Source: Clostridia bacterium
GTDB taxonomy: Bacteria > Bacillota > Clostridia > Monoglobales > Monoglobaceae
Direction: 5' to 3'
Assembly (NCBI GenBank): GCA_045532055.1
Contig: JAZSFF010000026.1
Coordinates: 24,291 to 88,290, forward strand
Length of the DNA stretch: 64,000 nucleotides
Positions 36,893 through 47,229 of the stretch are shown one piece after another. The notes below the pieces were generated by a model that was not told the origin of the DNA, made no database searches, and was given only the letters and a program-made list of their open reading frames with translations. Positions within the stretch are counted from its first letter, which is position 1. Each line of letters opens with the position of its first letter. Made by a program: the position numbers and the translations under genes.

Positions 36893-37411
36893 TTACTGTT
36901 CTATGTAACCTATGTAAGGCAGATTTCTGTATTGTTCGGCATAGTCAAGGCCATAACCGATTACAAATTCATCCGGGATTTCAAAGCCCAGATAGTCAAT
37001 TTCAATTTCATACTCCCTGCGGCTGGGCTTGCTGAGGCAGGAACAAAGTTTAAGGCTCTTTGGCCCTCTCTCTTCAAGAAGTTTAAGTACCTCACGCATT
37101 GTATAACCGCTGTCGATGATATCCTCTACAATCAGAACATTTTCACCTTTGATATCTTTTTCAATATCCTTGGTTATTTTAACTTCTCCCGATGTTTTAG
37201 TTCCAGAACCATAGCTTTCTGCTTTTAAGAAGTACACCTCAGTATCAACTGTGAGTTTTTTTATCAAATCGCTCATGAACATAAATGCACCCTTCAAAAC
37301 ACCCACCACAATCAATTTCTGACCATGGTACTCCCTGTTTAATTCATCAGCAATCTCTGTGAGTCTTGCCTCAATTCTTTTTTCATCAATCAGTACTTTA
37401 TGCTCCCTCAT
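36893..37411 (-). CDS. hpt: hypoxanthine phosphoribosyltransferase
   Basis: 172 aa with the PRPP-binding [13 protein letters not shown]. Confidence 0.92.
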   Translation of the reverse strand: MREHKVLIDEKRIEARLTEIADELNREYHGQKLIVVGVLKGAFMFMSDLIKKLTVDTEVYFLKAESYGSGTKTSGEVKITKDIEKDIKGENVLIVEDIIDSGYTMREVLKLLEERGPKSLKLCSCLSKPSRREYEIEIDYLGFEIPDEFVIGYGLDYAEQYRNLPYIGYIEQ

Positions 37412-38816
37412 ATTCTACCACCAAAATCCTTTCTGTGTCTTTTGTAACTTTATACTTTTCGCTGACGCGTCCCCCCACAATCGCCAGAACTTCACTCCCC
37501 GTACAAAGCAAAGGAATTCTGTCTCTGTCCTGTCTTGGAATTTTTGCATCAATCAGTATATTCTTGATTTTTTTTGTTCTGCCATCAGCAAAATATACCA
37601 TTCTATCACCGCTGCGACGGCTTCTTAAAAACAATTTGCCGTCTGATATCAAGTCATAACTTAATCCAATCTCGTTGACCTTGCATTTATAATCATTTGT
37701 TTCAAGCCTGAAAGAAATATTTCTTCCAATCAAATCAACAAACACTTTTTCGGGAACCAAAATCTCTGTAAAAAAGGCATCACCCTCTGCGGTAACAGTT
37801 TTTTCAGTACAGTCTCTTTCAAAGGCAAGCCAACCATATTGAATCCTTGCTTTAAGACCATCAGGAAGTGACAGTTCTGCACCTGTTTCTTTTTTCAAAA
37901 GGTCGAATATATCATCAACATGCTTCTTTTCAAGATGTACACCCCTCTGGGCTTCGTCTGCCGCAATTCTTATTACGCGAGCAATTATTGCTCTGTCCGC
38001 CATACACAGGCTTTCTGTGTGGAGTGCGATTGGTTTGCCTTGTGGCAAAGGACTTTTTAGTCTGTCATAAAGACGCCTTGCATAGGAATTTAAGAACTCC
38101 GAGTCTTCTTTTGCATTTTCTGCAAGTCTGCATAAGCTGTCCATCACCTTGTTGTTAAATTCCTCTTCCAGATATGGAATCAGTTTGTTTCTTATTTTGT
38201 TTCGTGTATAGTCATTGTCGGAATTTGTTGCATCTGTGCAAAAATCCAGTTTGTTTTCTTTGCAATACTCTTCTATTTCAAGCCTTGATACATCCAGCAG
38301 GGGTCTTATAATACCATCCTCACGCTCGTAGGATATACCACCCAGTCCGTCAATACCCGTGCCCCTTAAAATCCTCATAAGCACAGTCTCTGCATTATCG
38401 TTTTTGTTGTGAGCTGTTGCGGTTTTGGTTATTCGGTATCTCTGGGACAATTCATCAAAAAACTCATATCTGGCAAATCTGCCCGCCTCTTCCAAAGTCA
38501 TCTTTTTTTCTCCGGCAAGAGCCTCAACATCCACCGATTTTGTAAAAACCGGTATCCCAAGTCTGCCGCAAAGTTCTATCACAAATCTTTCATCTGCATC
38601 GGCTGCCTCACCTCTCAAGTTATGGTTGAGATGGGCACAATAAACATCAAAGCCAATAATGTCTTTAAGACGAGTTAAAACATGGAGCATACACACGGAA
38701 TCCGCTCCGCCTGAAACTGCGGCTAATATTCTGTCGCCTTTATTTATCATCTTTTTTTCAAAAATAGTTTCTGAAACCACTTGAAAAACCGATTTATCCC
38801 TATTCACGACTTCCAC
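37398..38816 (-). CDS. tilS: tRNA(Ile)-lysidine synthetase
   Basis: 472 aa with the PP-loop AVSGGADS. The exact start is uncertain (GTG at 38816 or a downstream ATG). Confidence 0.88.
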   Translation of the reverse strand: MEVVNRDKSVFQVVSETIFEKKMINKGDRILAAVSGGADSVCMLHVLTRLKDIIGFDVYCAHLNHNLRGEAADADERFVIELCGRLGIPVFTKSVDVEALAGEKKMTLEEAGRFARYEFFDELSQRYRITKTATAHNKNDNAETVLMRILRGTGIDGLGGISYEREDGIIRPLLDVSRLEIEEYCKENKLDFCTDATNSDNDYTRNKIRNKLIPYLEEEFNNKVMDSLCRLAENAKEDSEFLNSYARRLYDRLKSPLPQGKPIALHTESLCMADRAIIARVIRIAADEAQRGVHLEKKHVDDIFDLLKKETGAELSLPDGLKARIQYGWLAFERDCTEKTVTAEGDAFFTEILVPEKVFVDLIGRNISFRLETNDYKCKVNEIGLSYDLISDGKLFLRSRRSGDRMVYFADGRTKKIKNILIDAKIPRQDRDRIPLLCTGSEVLAIVGGRVSEKYKVTKDTERILVVEYEGA

Positions 38817-40161
38817 TCCAATTAGAAAATTTTGTAAACTCTCCCAACCAAGTCAGGTATTCATAACCCGTCTCACCATTTCTGTGCTTTGCAAAAATAC
38901 ACTTTGTGCGGTTAGGTTCCTCCGCCTCTTCGTTGTATGCACCCTCTCTGTAAAGGAACATAACCATATCTGCATCCTGCTCAATTGCACCGGATTCACG
39001 AAGGTCGCTGAGCCTTGGTTCTTTCACGTCACGGCTTTCAACCGAACGATTGAGCTGTGACAAAGCAATAACCGGAATCTTCAAATCATTTGCCATAATC
39101 TTGAGTGCACGGGAAATATCCGAAATTTCCTGCTGTCTGTTGCTCTGGCCCTTAGAGTTGCCGCCGCTTATAAGCTGTATATAGTCAATCACCACAAGAC
39201 CCAGATTTTTCTCAAGTTTCAGTTTTCGACATCTTGAAACTATCTCTGAAACAGTTATGGAAGATGTATCATCAATATAAATTTCAGAATGGTCAAAAAG
39301 TTCAAGTGCTTCGCCTATCTTCTCCCACTCTTCATCCTTTATGTTACCTTTTTTCAAACTTTCCGAGCTTATCATCGTTTCGCTTGAAAGCATACGGTTC
39401 GCAATCTGAACACCCGGCATCTCAAGATTGAATATAGCAACGGTTGTACCTGTGCCAAGTGCCGCATTCAGTGCGATGTTCAAAGCAAAGCTTGTCTTAC
39501 CCATACCCGGACGGGCAGCAATCAAAACAAGTTCCGAACCATGGAGGCCTGCTGTACGCTTGTCAATATCTATAAATCCCGTGGATATACCTGTTATATC
39601 CCCCTCGTTTTCTGAGAGTTTGGACAAATTCTCAACGCTCTGTCCAAGATATGTTTTAAGGTGAACAGGACCCTTTGAGCTACGTTCCTGAGAAAGGTCA
39701 ATGAATGCCTGTTCGGTCCGCCCAATAACAGTATCCGGCTCCTCCTCGCCACGATAAGCATCATCCATGGCACGTTGGGATATATTTATAACATTCCTAA
39801 GAAGTGATTTCTGTGCCACAATCTCTGCATAATGCTTGACGTTTCGTGTGGTAGGAACCACATTCATGGTCTCCATTACATAATCAAGACCGCCCACTGA
39901 CTCAAGGCTACCCCTAACTGTCAACTGTTCCTTTATGGTGACAATATCTATGGGTTTGCCCAAATCATGAAGTTCTACAACTGTTTTGAAAAGTTCTTTG
40001 TTGCGGTCGATATAAAAGTCATCCGCCTTACATAACGCCGTTGCATCGGGAATACACTTTGAGTCAAGGAGCATTGCGCCCAAAACAGACTGTTCTGCCT
40101 CACGGCTGAACGGCATGCTTCGTTCAAATCCTGAAAATTCCGAATTCATTTTTTCCTCCAT
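38800..40161 (-). CDS. dnaB: replicative DNA helicase
   Basis: 453 aa with Walker A ARPGMGKTS and the DnaB N-terminal domain EQSVLGAML. Confidence 0.93.
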   Translation of the reverse strand: MEEKMNSEFSGFERSMPFSREAEQSVLGAMLLDSKCIPDATALCKADDFYIDRNKELFKTVVELHDLGKPIDIVTIKEQLTVRGSLESVGGLDYVMETMNVVPTTRNVKHYAEIVAQKSLLRNVINISQRAMDDAYRGEEEPDTVIGRTEQAFIDLSQERSSKGPVHLKTYLGQSVENLSKLSENEGDITGISTGFIDIDKRTAGLHGSELVLIAARPGMGKTSFALNIALNAALGTGTTVAIFNLEMPGVQIANRMLSSETMISSESLKKGNIKDEEWEKIGEALELFDHSEIYIDDTSSITVSEIVSRCRKLKLEKNLGLVVIDYIQLISGGNSKGQSNRQQEISDISRALKIMANDLKIPVIALSQLNRSVESRDVKEPRLSDLRESGAIEQDADMVMFLYREGAYNEEAEEPNRTKCIFAKHRNGETGYEYLTWLGEFTKFSNWSGSRE

Positions 40162-40200
40162 TTTTATATTCCCTCCTCAAAATCGGTTTTAAATATCTTT

Positions 40201-40650
40201 TTATTTCTGTTCAGCAACATCCACCTTGAATGTTCCTACAATCTGCGGATAAAGACGCGCTGTAACCTCAGTTGTTCCACAAGTCTTTATTCCATCCTTA
40301 AGGTCAAGTTTTCTCTTGTCTATGTCAAGGTTAAACTGTGCTTTCAGTGCCTCTGCAACATCTTTTGAGGTAATAGAACCAAAAAGTTTGCCACCGGCAC
40401 CAGCTTTTGCCTGAAGTTTTACAGTTATTTCTTTCATGCGTTCTGCAATGTTCCTTGCTTTTTCTTCTTCAAGGTTTCTGCGGTACTGTTCTGCGCCGCG
40501 CTTACCCTCAAGGTCATTCATTGCCTGCTTGTTAGCTTCAATTGCGAGGCCTTTGGGAAGCAAAAAATTTCTTGCATAACCGTCGCTTACGTTGATAAGG
40601 TCTCCCTTTTTGCCCTGTGATTTAACGTCCTGAGTAAGTATAACTTTCAT
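40201..40650 (-). CDS. rplI: 50S ribosomal protein L9
   Basis: [17 protein letters not shown].... I prefer the ATG at 40650 over the upstream TTG in the ORF track. Confidence 0.92.
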   Translation of the reverse strand: MKVILTQDVKSQGKKGDLINVSDGYARNFLLPKGLAIEANKQAMNDLEGKRGAEQYRRNLEEEKARNIAERMKEITVKLQAKAGAGGKLFGSITSKDVAEALKAQFNLDIDKRKLDLKDGIKTCGTTEVTARLYPQIVGTFKVDVAEQK

Positions 40651-40687
40651 TATTTCATCCAGCCTTTCTTTATTTGTATCCAATTAA

Positions 40688-42697
40688 CTACTGACTGAGA
40701 ACCTCGTCAATAGCCTGCTTTAACATCTGGTCTGCATCTTCCATAGTAACATCGTCAAGCTGTGCTCCGGCAATGGTTATATGTCCACCGCCGCCCAGTT
40801 TTTCCAAAATCACCTGAACATTTACCTGTTCCAATGAACGACCGCTTATTAAAATTCTATTGCCCACTTTTGCCAGAACAAATGATGCCTCAATGCCTGT
40901 AATATCAAGTAGTTCATCCGCCGCCTGAGCAACGGTAACTGCCATGTTGGGACATTCCTCATAGAGGTATGAAACGGCAATGTTTTCTTTATAAATTTCA
41001 GCAACCCTGATGATATCAGCCTTTGCAATGTAATTTTCCAGATTTGTCTTAAATAATCTGCGGACATTGACTGTGTCAACACCCATGCGTCTGAGATATG
41101 ATGCCGCCTCAAATGTTCTGACACCGGCTTTAAATGTAAAGCCTTTTGTGTCCATAAATATTCCGGCATAGAGGGCTTCCGCCTCTTGTTTGGTCAGTCT
41201 CTCGTTGTCCTGGAGATACTGCAAAATTTCTGTTATCATTTCACAGGTTGATGACGCATATGGTTCATGATATGTGAGCATCAGATTTTCGATAAAGTCC
41301 TCGCTCCTGCGGTGATGGTCAATCAAAACCACGTTCTTTGCGTGCTGAAGAAGTTCTGGACAGTCAACCATACCGGGTCTGTGCACGTCAACAACAATAA
41401 CAAGTGTTTCTTTTTCATAAATATTGAGTGCGTGCTCACCGCTGATGAATGCATCTTCATACTGCGGCAGTTCTTTAAATTCCTTAATAAGCATGTTTGC
41501 ATTGCTTGATTCACTGTCGACTATAATAAATGCATCCTTGCCACGGCTCTTTACCGCCTTAAAAAGTCCGATTGAAGCACCCATGCTGTCCATATCGGAA
41601 TTATGGTGACCCATAATAATCACTTTGCTGGAATGGTCCACCAGTTCACGCAAAGCATGTGCAACAACTCTTGCCTTAACCTTGGTCCTCTTTTCCACCT
41701 CGCGGGTTTTAGCACCAAAAAACGTAAAATTGGCACTGTCTCTGATTACCACCTGGTCACCGCCACGACCCAGTGCCATATCTATTGCAAGCCTTGCAAA
41801 CTTATCGTTTTCAAAGACGTCCTGACCCATTCTTCCCACACCAATACTCAATGTGGCAGGAATTTTGTTCTCATAATTTATGTTCCTGACTTCGTCAAGT
41901 ATTGCAAACTTGTTGTCCATTATTGTGGCAAAATCCTTGTTGCTGAAGAACACAATAAACTTGTCACGTTCATACTTTCTAAGGATTCCGTTGCCCAAGG
42001 ACACCCATGCTGCCACCTTTTGTTCTATCTCACCAATCAGCGCACCGTGGTTTGTGTCCGGGGTTTCTTTCAAAACTTCGTCATAGTTGTCAATGATAAC
42101 TATGCTCTCTATCATTCGCTCGTCCTCACGGAGCTTTGCCGTACGGACTTCCTCAGTTTTGTCAATAAAGTATATAACCACCAGACCGCTGTCTGTACTG
42201 GTTTTAGCATTTCTTGCCACATTTCCCCAGATTTCATAGTGATTGTCGCCTATGGTAAGCTCCATCTGGGTCTGTTCATCTGTCTCAACAAAGTTGCTTA
42301 TCTGAAGTTGCGGAATCAAATCCTGGACAGACTTTCCGAATAAATCTCCCTTATTCAACGCATCCTTGAACCAATCGTTATACCAGTTTATCTGTCCTGA
42401 CATATCTGTTATCACAAGGGGGCCCGGATAATTGAGCAAAGAACCCCTGGAATTGTCATTCAAACAAAAATCCAGATGTTCAATATATCTCAAGAACTCC
42501 TTTTCGCTCTTTCCCACATGAAAGATTTCAAATCCAATCAATCCCGCCGTAAGCAAAATTTCCCAAATCGCCTCCGGTCTTTTGTTGATTGCCATAACAA
42601 TACCAAGCACAGTCAAAACTGTTGCGTATACGCCAAGTCTTATGTATCTGCGTTTTGTATTGAAAAAAACCTTTGCGGGTTGTTTTTCTGTTTTCAT
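40688..42697 (-). CDS. gdpP: GdpP/YybT-type DHH-DHHA1 phosphodiesterase (c-di-AMP phosphodiesterase family)
   Basis: 669 aa with two N-terminal TM helices, a PAS/GGDEF-like middle region, DHH motifs (GHHNSDMDS, IDHHRR) and DHHA1 GGGGH. Order yybS-gdpP-rplI-dnaB matches Bacillus. Confidence 0.88.
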   Translation of the reverse strand: MKTEKQPAKVFFNTKRRYIRLGVYATVLTVLGIVMAINKRPEAIWEILLTAGLIGFEIFHVGKSEKEFLRYIEHLDFCLNDNSRGSLLNYPGPLVITDMSGQINWYNDWFKDALNKGDLFGKSVQDLIPQLQISNFVETDEQTQMELTIGDNHYEIWGNVARNAKTSTDSGLVVIYFIDKTEEVRTAKLREDERMIESIVIIDNYDEVLKETPDTNHGALIGEIEQKVAAWVSLGNGILRKYERDKFIVFFSNKDFATIMDNKFAILDEVRNINYENKIPATLSIGVGRMGQDVFENDKFARLAIDMALGRGGDQVVIRDSANFTFFGAKTREVEKRTKVKARVVAHALRELVDHSSKVIIMGHHNSDMDSMGASIGLFKAVKSRGKDAFIIVDSESSNANMLIKEFKELPQYEDAFISGEHALNIYEKETLVIVVDVHRPGMVDCPELLQHAKNVVLIDHHRRSEDFIENLMLTYHEPYASSTCEMITEILQYLQDNERLTKQEAEALYAGIFMDTKGFTFKAGVRTFEAASYLRRMGVDTVNVRRLFKTNLENYIAKADIIRVAEIYKENIAVSYLYEECPNMAVTVAQAADELLDITGIEASFVLAKVGNRILISGRSLEQVNVQVILEKLGGGGHITIAGAQLDDVTMEDADQMLKQAIDEVLSQ

Positions 42698-42727
42698 TGG
42701 AAGTCACCTCCAAATCACAATTTTTAT

Positions 42728-43714
42728 CTATTCAGACACCATACCGATTTTTCTGAAATCCCGGTTGCTGTCCACTATACCAATAATAATCAAAATATTT
42801 GATATAAAACTCATAAGTGCACTGCCCAAAAGAAATATCGCACCGTAAATCACCATACGAAGAACTGTCGATTTTATTCTGGGTTTAAATTTATAGTCAA
42901 TGAAAGACAAACCACAAACACCCAAAATAGTATAAAGAATAAGCACCACGTTTGCCAATACATTCCACAAAGCCGAACCCTGACTTGAAAAAACATATAT
43001 CAAGCACAAAAATACGGCCATATAGCTCATACTTCTTGGAGCCTTTATCATTGAAAATGGTACTACATCAACCTCCGCAATCTTGGTACGCTTTATCACA
43101 AATCCGCAAAGCCGCATGGTGATGTAACCGGTAACCATAGAACTGATTATAATAAATGACGGGAAGTAAAGCCTCACAGTATATTCTACCATATCCATCA
43201 GGGCTTTGCTCAACTTTTCTATCTCGGCATCAGAAGCAAGTGCACCATTTTTTTGCAAAGCTATTACCAATGTATTAAGCATCCCTTTTGACTGTTCTAC
43301 GGCATTTTTAAACATATTCTCAATGCCATCACCCAAAAATACCTCGAGAATCAAAAGTTCAAAAAGCCATCCCACACAAACAACCATTGCAGTAGAGGCG
43401 ATTGTTACAAAAAACGGTTGTTTTCTGCCAAGCAGATATCCTGCCACTGCTCCCGGCAATACCGACATCAGTATGGTGGATATTGTAGAAACCAAATCAC
43501 CGATAACCACAAATGATACCAGAAATATTGCCGCCACAGCAGGTAATGTAACTTTGAATCCATTTCTCGCCGCAAGAGCCGCCATGGGTATACCGCATAC
43601 AAATGCACCGACTAGCGAAAACACCGGAATATATCTGACAACCAGAACAAGTATAATTGTCAGTGCAACCATCATTGCACCTTCTCTTAAGGCTTTTGTT
43701 TTGTTGCGCTCCAT
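42728..43714 (-). CDS. yybS: YybS-family (DUF2232) membrane protein
   Basis: 328 aa polytopic protein in the conserved position upstream of gdpP. Confidence 0.75.
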   Translation of the reverse strand: MERNKTKALREGAMMVALTIILVLVVRYIPVFSLVGAFVCGIPMAALAARNGFKVTLPAVAAIFLVSFVVIGDLVSTISTILMSVLPGAVAGYLLGRKQPFFVTIASTAMVVCVGWLFELLILEVFLGDGIENMFKNAVEQSKGMLNTLVIALQKNGALASDAEIEKLSKALMDMVEYTVRLYFPSFIIISSMVTGYITMRLCGFVIKRTKIAEVDVVPFSMIKAPRSMSYMAVFLCLIYVFSSQGSALWNVLANVVLILYTILGVCGLSFIDYKFKPRIKSTVLRMVIYGAIFLLGSALMSFISNILIIIGIVDSNRDFRKIGMVSE

Positions 43715-43905
43715 ATTCTATCTCCCTAAAGGAAAACTTATCAAAAGACCAGTTTTCCTGTTTACCAAAATAGTTTTTGTATTACACTTAATGTAAAAAA
43801 CCCGCTATTTACCACATTTTACATTATATATTATGATATTATACCAAATATCTATATTTTTTTCAACCATTTAGCCATATTTTTTTTAATATTTCCCTGA
43901 GTATA

Positions 43906-45516
43906 TTATTCATTTATCAGTCGTCCGCCTAGATAGGTCGTTTCAACTCTTATATTCCTTATTTCATCAGGAGATTTACCCAGGACAGAACCCGACAAAA
44001 CAACTATATCTGCCAGTTTTCCTACCTCAAGACTGCCTTTTTCATTTTCTTCAAAGGATGCATAGGCACCAAAATAAGTATAGCACCTTAAACTCCGCAA
44101 AAAACTTATTTTTTGACTTTCTTCAATCCTCTTGTCTGTTTTCAAGTCACGTCTCTCCATGGCAGCTGCAATCCCGAACAATGGTTCAAACTCATCAATC
44201 ACCATTGCATCAGAGCCAAATGGTGTTATTATACCATTGTCCTCAAAGCTTTTAAGAGGCATCACATCCTCAATTCGATCCCCATAGTATTTATCAAAAA
44301 CATTTCCCCACACAGACAAAAATCCCGGGTTTGGCACAGGTATGACACCCAATTGCTTTATTCTCGCTATAAGCCGAGGAGTACAAAGAAAACAATGTTC
44401 AATTCTGTGTCGGCAGTCCTTGCGTGGATATTCCTTCATAGCCTTTTCGTAAGAATTAAGCACCATTTCAATCGCCGCATCCCCTACCGCATGTGCCGTC
44501 AGTTGAAATCCCCTGCGGTGTCCCTCAACAAAAATTTCGTCAAGCTCACTTTGGGTAAATGTTGTAGGCGTAATCTCATCAAGGTGCATAAGTGGTTTTG
44601 TTGTTGCACAAGTGCCACCCACCGCAGAACCGTCAGCCATAATTTTTATTGGACCGATTTTTAGCATAGTTTCACCAAAACCACTGTAGAATCCTGATTT
44701 GATCGCCGTTCTTGCCGTGTCAATCTGTGCCTGTTTACCAAAAAGCGTCCATAGCATTGTATTTACTCTGCACTTCAAAGCACCACTTTCCTTTGCCTTT
44801 TGCAAGGTTCGGAATGTTGCTGTACCAAACCCGCCAGCATCATGTGCACTTGTTATTCCTCGTTTTGTAAGGTCTTTGCAAAATTTCTCAATTCCCTGCA
44901 CCAATTTATCATCATCGGGCAGCACTGGTGATTTTTCCAGCATAACAAAATGCGCTGTTTCCTGAAGAAGTCCTGTAGGTTTGCCCATTTTATCCTTGAC
45001 AACCTCTTCCATTTTTAAATCCATACCCTTTTGGGCGGCAATCTCCAAGGCTTTGGTGTTTGCAACGCTTATGTGTCCACTACTGTGTATTATAAACACC
45101 GGGTTTTCATGAGCCGCTTTGTCCAGCTCTTCAATAAGAACATGGCGTTTTTCATTAAGACTCTCATGGCTATAACTGCTGCCTATTATCCAGTCTCCCT
45201 TTTCTGTCTTCTGGGCCGCCTTGCCGATTCTGTTCAGCAACTCTTCAACTGAATCCACTCCCACCTTTTTGCTTAAATCAATCTGATTGTGTATCTCTGC
45301 ACCGGCTACCGCCATATGGATATGACAATCAATAAATCCGGGCACTACCGCCCGTCCTTTCAAATCATACAACTCTGTATCTTTGTCTGCCAGAACCATT
45401 CCGTCATATGTTTTCCCCACGAAAAGAATTTTATCTTCTTCAAACAATATAGCCTCTGCTATGTCATCATTTTTGTTTATTGTTATGACCTGACCGTTGT
45501 ATAAAAGTGTTTTCAT
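43906..45516 (-). CDS. amidohydrolase-family metal-dependent hydrolase (YtcJ-like)
   Basis: 536 aa with PGFIDCHIHM metal-binding and downstream HAVGD/HC motifs. Confidence 0.8.
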   Translation of the reverse strand: MKTLLYNGQVITINKNDDIAEAILFEEDKILFVGKTYDGMVLADKDTELYDLKGRAVVPGFIDCHIHMAVAGAEIHNQIDLSKKVGVDSVEELLNRIGKAAQKTEKGDWIIGSSYSHESLNEKRHVLIEELDKAAHENPVFIIHSSGHISVANTKALEIAAQKGMDLKMEEVVKDKMGKPTGLLQETAHFVMLEKSPVLPDDDKLVQGIEKFCKDLTKRGITSAHDAGGFGTATFRTLQKAKESGALKCRVNTMLWTLFGKQAQIDTARTAIKSGFYSGFGETMLKIGPIKIMADGSAVGGTCATTKPLMHLDEITPTTFTQSELDEIFVEGHRRGFQLTAHAVGDAAIEMVLNSYEKAMKEYPRKDCRHRIEHCFLCTPRLIARIKQLGVIPVPNPGFLSVWGNVFDKYYGDRIEDVMPLKSFEDNGIITPFGSDAMVIDEFEPLFGIAAAMERRDLKTDKRIEESQKISFLRSLRCYTYFGAYASFEENEKGSLEVGKLADIVVLSGSVLGKSPDEIRNIRVETTYLGGRLINE

Positions 45517-45561
45517 CGCAATCTCCTTTAAATGGTATATCTGTTATTTTCCCCAATTTAA

Positions 45562-45600
45562 AGAAAAAAATAATAGGCAATGTAATGCATTGCCTATTAT
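45562..45600 (-). terminator. rho-independent terminator of gpmI
   Basis: AATAGGCAATG-taatg-CATTGCCTATT hairpin with an 8-nt T-run on the minus strand. Confidence 0.7.
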
Positions 45601-45612
45601 TAAAAATATCTT

Positions 45613-47148
45613 TTATCTCTCAAGCAAACTCTCGCCTGTCATTTCTGCCGGCTTTTCAAGTCCCATAAGGTCAAGCATGGTGGGAGCAAGGTCTGCAAGT
45701 CTGCCGACTTTCAGCTTTGCGCCGCTCTCCTCACCAATCATAACCAGAGGTACAACATTTGTTGTATGTGCTGTGAACACATCATTTGTTGTATAATCGA
45801 GCATCTGGTCTGCATTGCCGTGGTCTGCTGTCACAAGAGCAATGCCTCCCATTTTGTTTATTGCATCAATGGTTCTGCCAAGGCATTCATCAACTGTTTC
45901 AACAGCTTTTACCGCTGCATCAAACACTCCCGTGTGACCAACCATGTCACAGTTCGCAAAGTTCAGTACGATAACATCGTACTCACCGCTTTCAATACGC
46001 TTTACAACCTCATCTGTAACCTCATAGGCACTCATCTCCGGCTGCAAATCGTATGTTGCCACCTTTGGAGAATTGATAAGTGCTCTGTCCTCACCGTTGT
46101 ATACAGACTCAACACCGCCATTGAAGAAGAATGTAACGTGTGCATACTTTTCGGTCTCTGCAATTCTGAGCTGTCTAAGGCCCTTTTGGCTGATATACTC
46201 GCCAAACGTATTGACAAGACTCTGGGGTTTGAATGCAACATCAACATTGGGCATCGATGCATCATACTGGGTCATGCAAACAAAAGATGTCTTGAAAAAC
46301 TCTCTTTCAAATCCATTAAACTCTGTATCTACAATAGTCCTTGTAATTTCTCTTGCACGGTCTGGTCTGAAGTTGAAGAATACCACAGAGTCCTCTGCAG
46401 AAATCCTGCCCAAAGCATTGCCGTCATCATCAGTAATTACTGTAGGAACGATAAATTCATCTGTTACCCCGTCGTTATATGATTTCTTTACAGCATTGAC
46501 AGCAGATGTATCCTTGTTGCCTTCGGCAAAGACCATTGCTCTGTAAGCTTTTTCAACACGTTCCCAACGATTGTCACGGTCCATAGCATAGTATCTTCCC
46601 ATAACTGTTGCAATTTTACCTATGCCGATGTTACGCATTTTTTCAACCAATGCTTCAACAAAATCTGCACCCGATGTAGGAGAAACGTCACGTCCGTCCA
46701 TAAAGCAATGAACATAAACCTTGTCGAGCCCGTTCTTTTTTGCCAGTTCAAGAAGTCCATAAAGATGCTTTATATGGCTATGAACACCGCCGTCTGACAA
46801 AAGCCCCATGAAATGAAGTGCAGAGTTGTTTTTCTTGCAGTTTTCAACAGCGGCAAGTAGTGCTTCGTTTTCAAAGAAGTCACCATCTTCTATTGACTTG
46901 GTTATTCTTGTAAGTTCCTGATAAACTATACGTCCTGCACCGATGTTTGTATGTCCAACCTCAGAATTTCCCATCTGACCCTCAGGAAGTCCCACGTCCA
47001 TACCTGATGCGTGAATTACTGTATTGGGATACTGTGACATATACTTGTCCATGTTGGGAGTTTTTGCTGTGTAAATAGCATTTCCCTCATGACGTTCGTT
47101 TACACCGTAGCCATCCATTATTATAAGTGCATAAGGTTTTTTACTCAT
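45613..47148 (-). CDS. gpmI: 2,3-bisphosphoglycerate-independent phosphoglycerate mutase
   Basis: 511 aa with N-terminal ALIIMDGYG, SEVGHTNIGAGR and ADHGN motifs. Confidence 0.94.
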   Translation of the reverse strand: MSKKPYALIIMDGYGVNERHEGNAIYTAKTPNMDKYMSQYPNTVIHASGMDVGLPEGQMGNSEVGHTNIGAGRIVYQELTRITKSIEDGDFFENEALLAAVENCKKNNSALHFMGLLSDGGVHSHIKHLYGLLELAKKNGLDKVYVHCFMDGRDVSPTSGADFVEALVEKMRNIGIGKIATVMGRYYAMDRDNRWERVEKAYRAMVFAEGNKDTSAVNAVKKSYNDGVTDEFIVPTVITDDDGNALGRISAEDSVVFFNFRPDRAREITRTIVDTEFNGFEREFFKTSFVCMTQYDASMPNVDVAFKPQSLVNTFGEYISQKGLRQLRIAETEKYAHVTFFFNGGVESVYNGEDRALINSPKVATYDLQPEMSAYEVTDEVVKRIESGEYDVIVLNFANCDMVGHTGVFDAAVKAVETVDECLGRTIDAINKMGGIALVTADHGNADQMLDYTTNDVFTAHTTNVVPLVMIGEESGAKLKVGRLADLAPTMLDLMGLEKPAEMTGESLLER

Positions 47149-47179
47149 ATTCTTTTCCTTTCTCTGTACTAATCAAACT

Positions 47180-47213
47180 TAAAAACAAGGGCGAAAAAGT
47201 TATTCGCCCTTGA
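47180..47213 (-). terminator. intercistronic terminator/attenuator hairpin between tpiA and gpmI
   Basis: CAAGGGCGAA-aaagtta-TTCGCCCTTG with a T-run on the minus strand. Confidence 0.55.
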
Positions 47214-47229
47214 ATTCAACTTTCAATAA

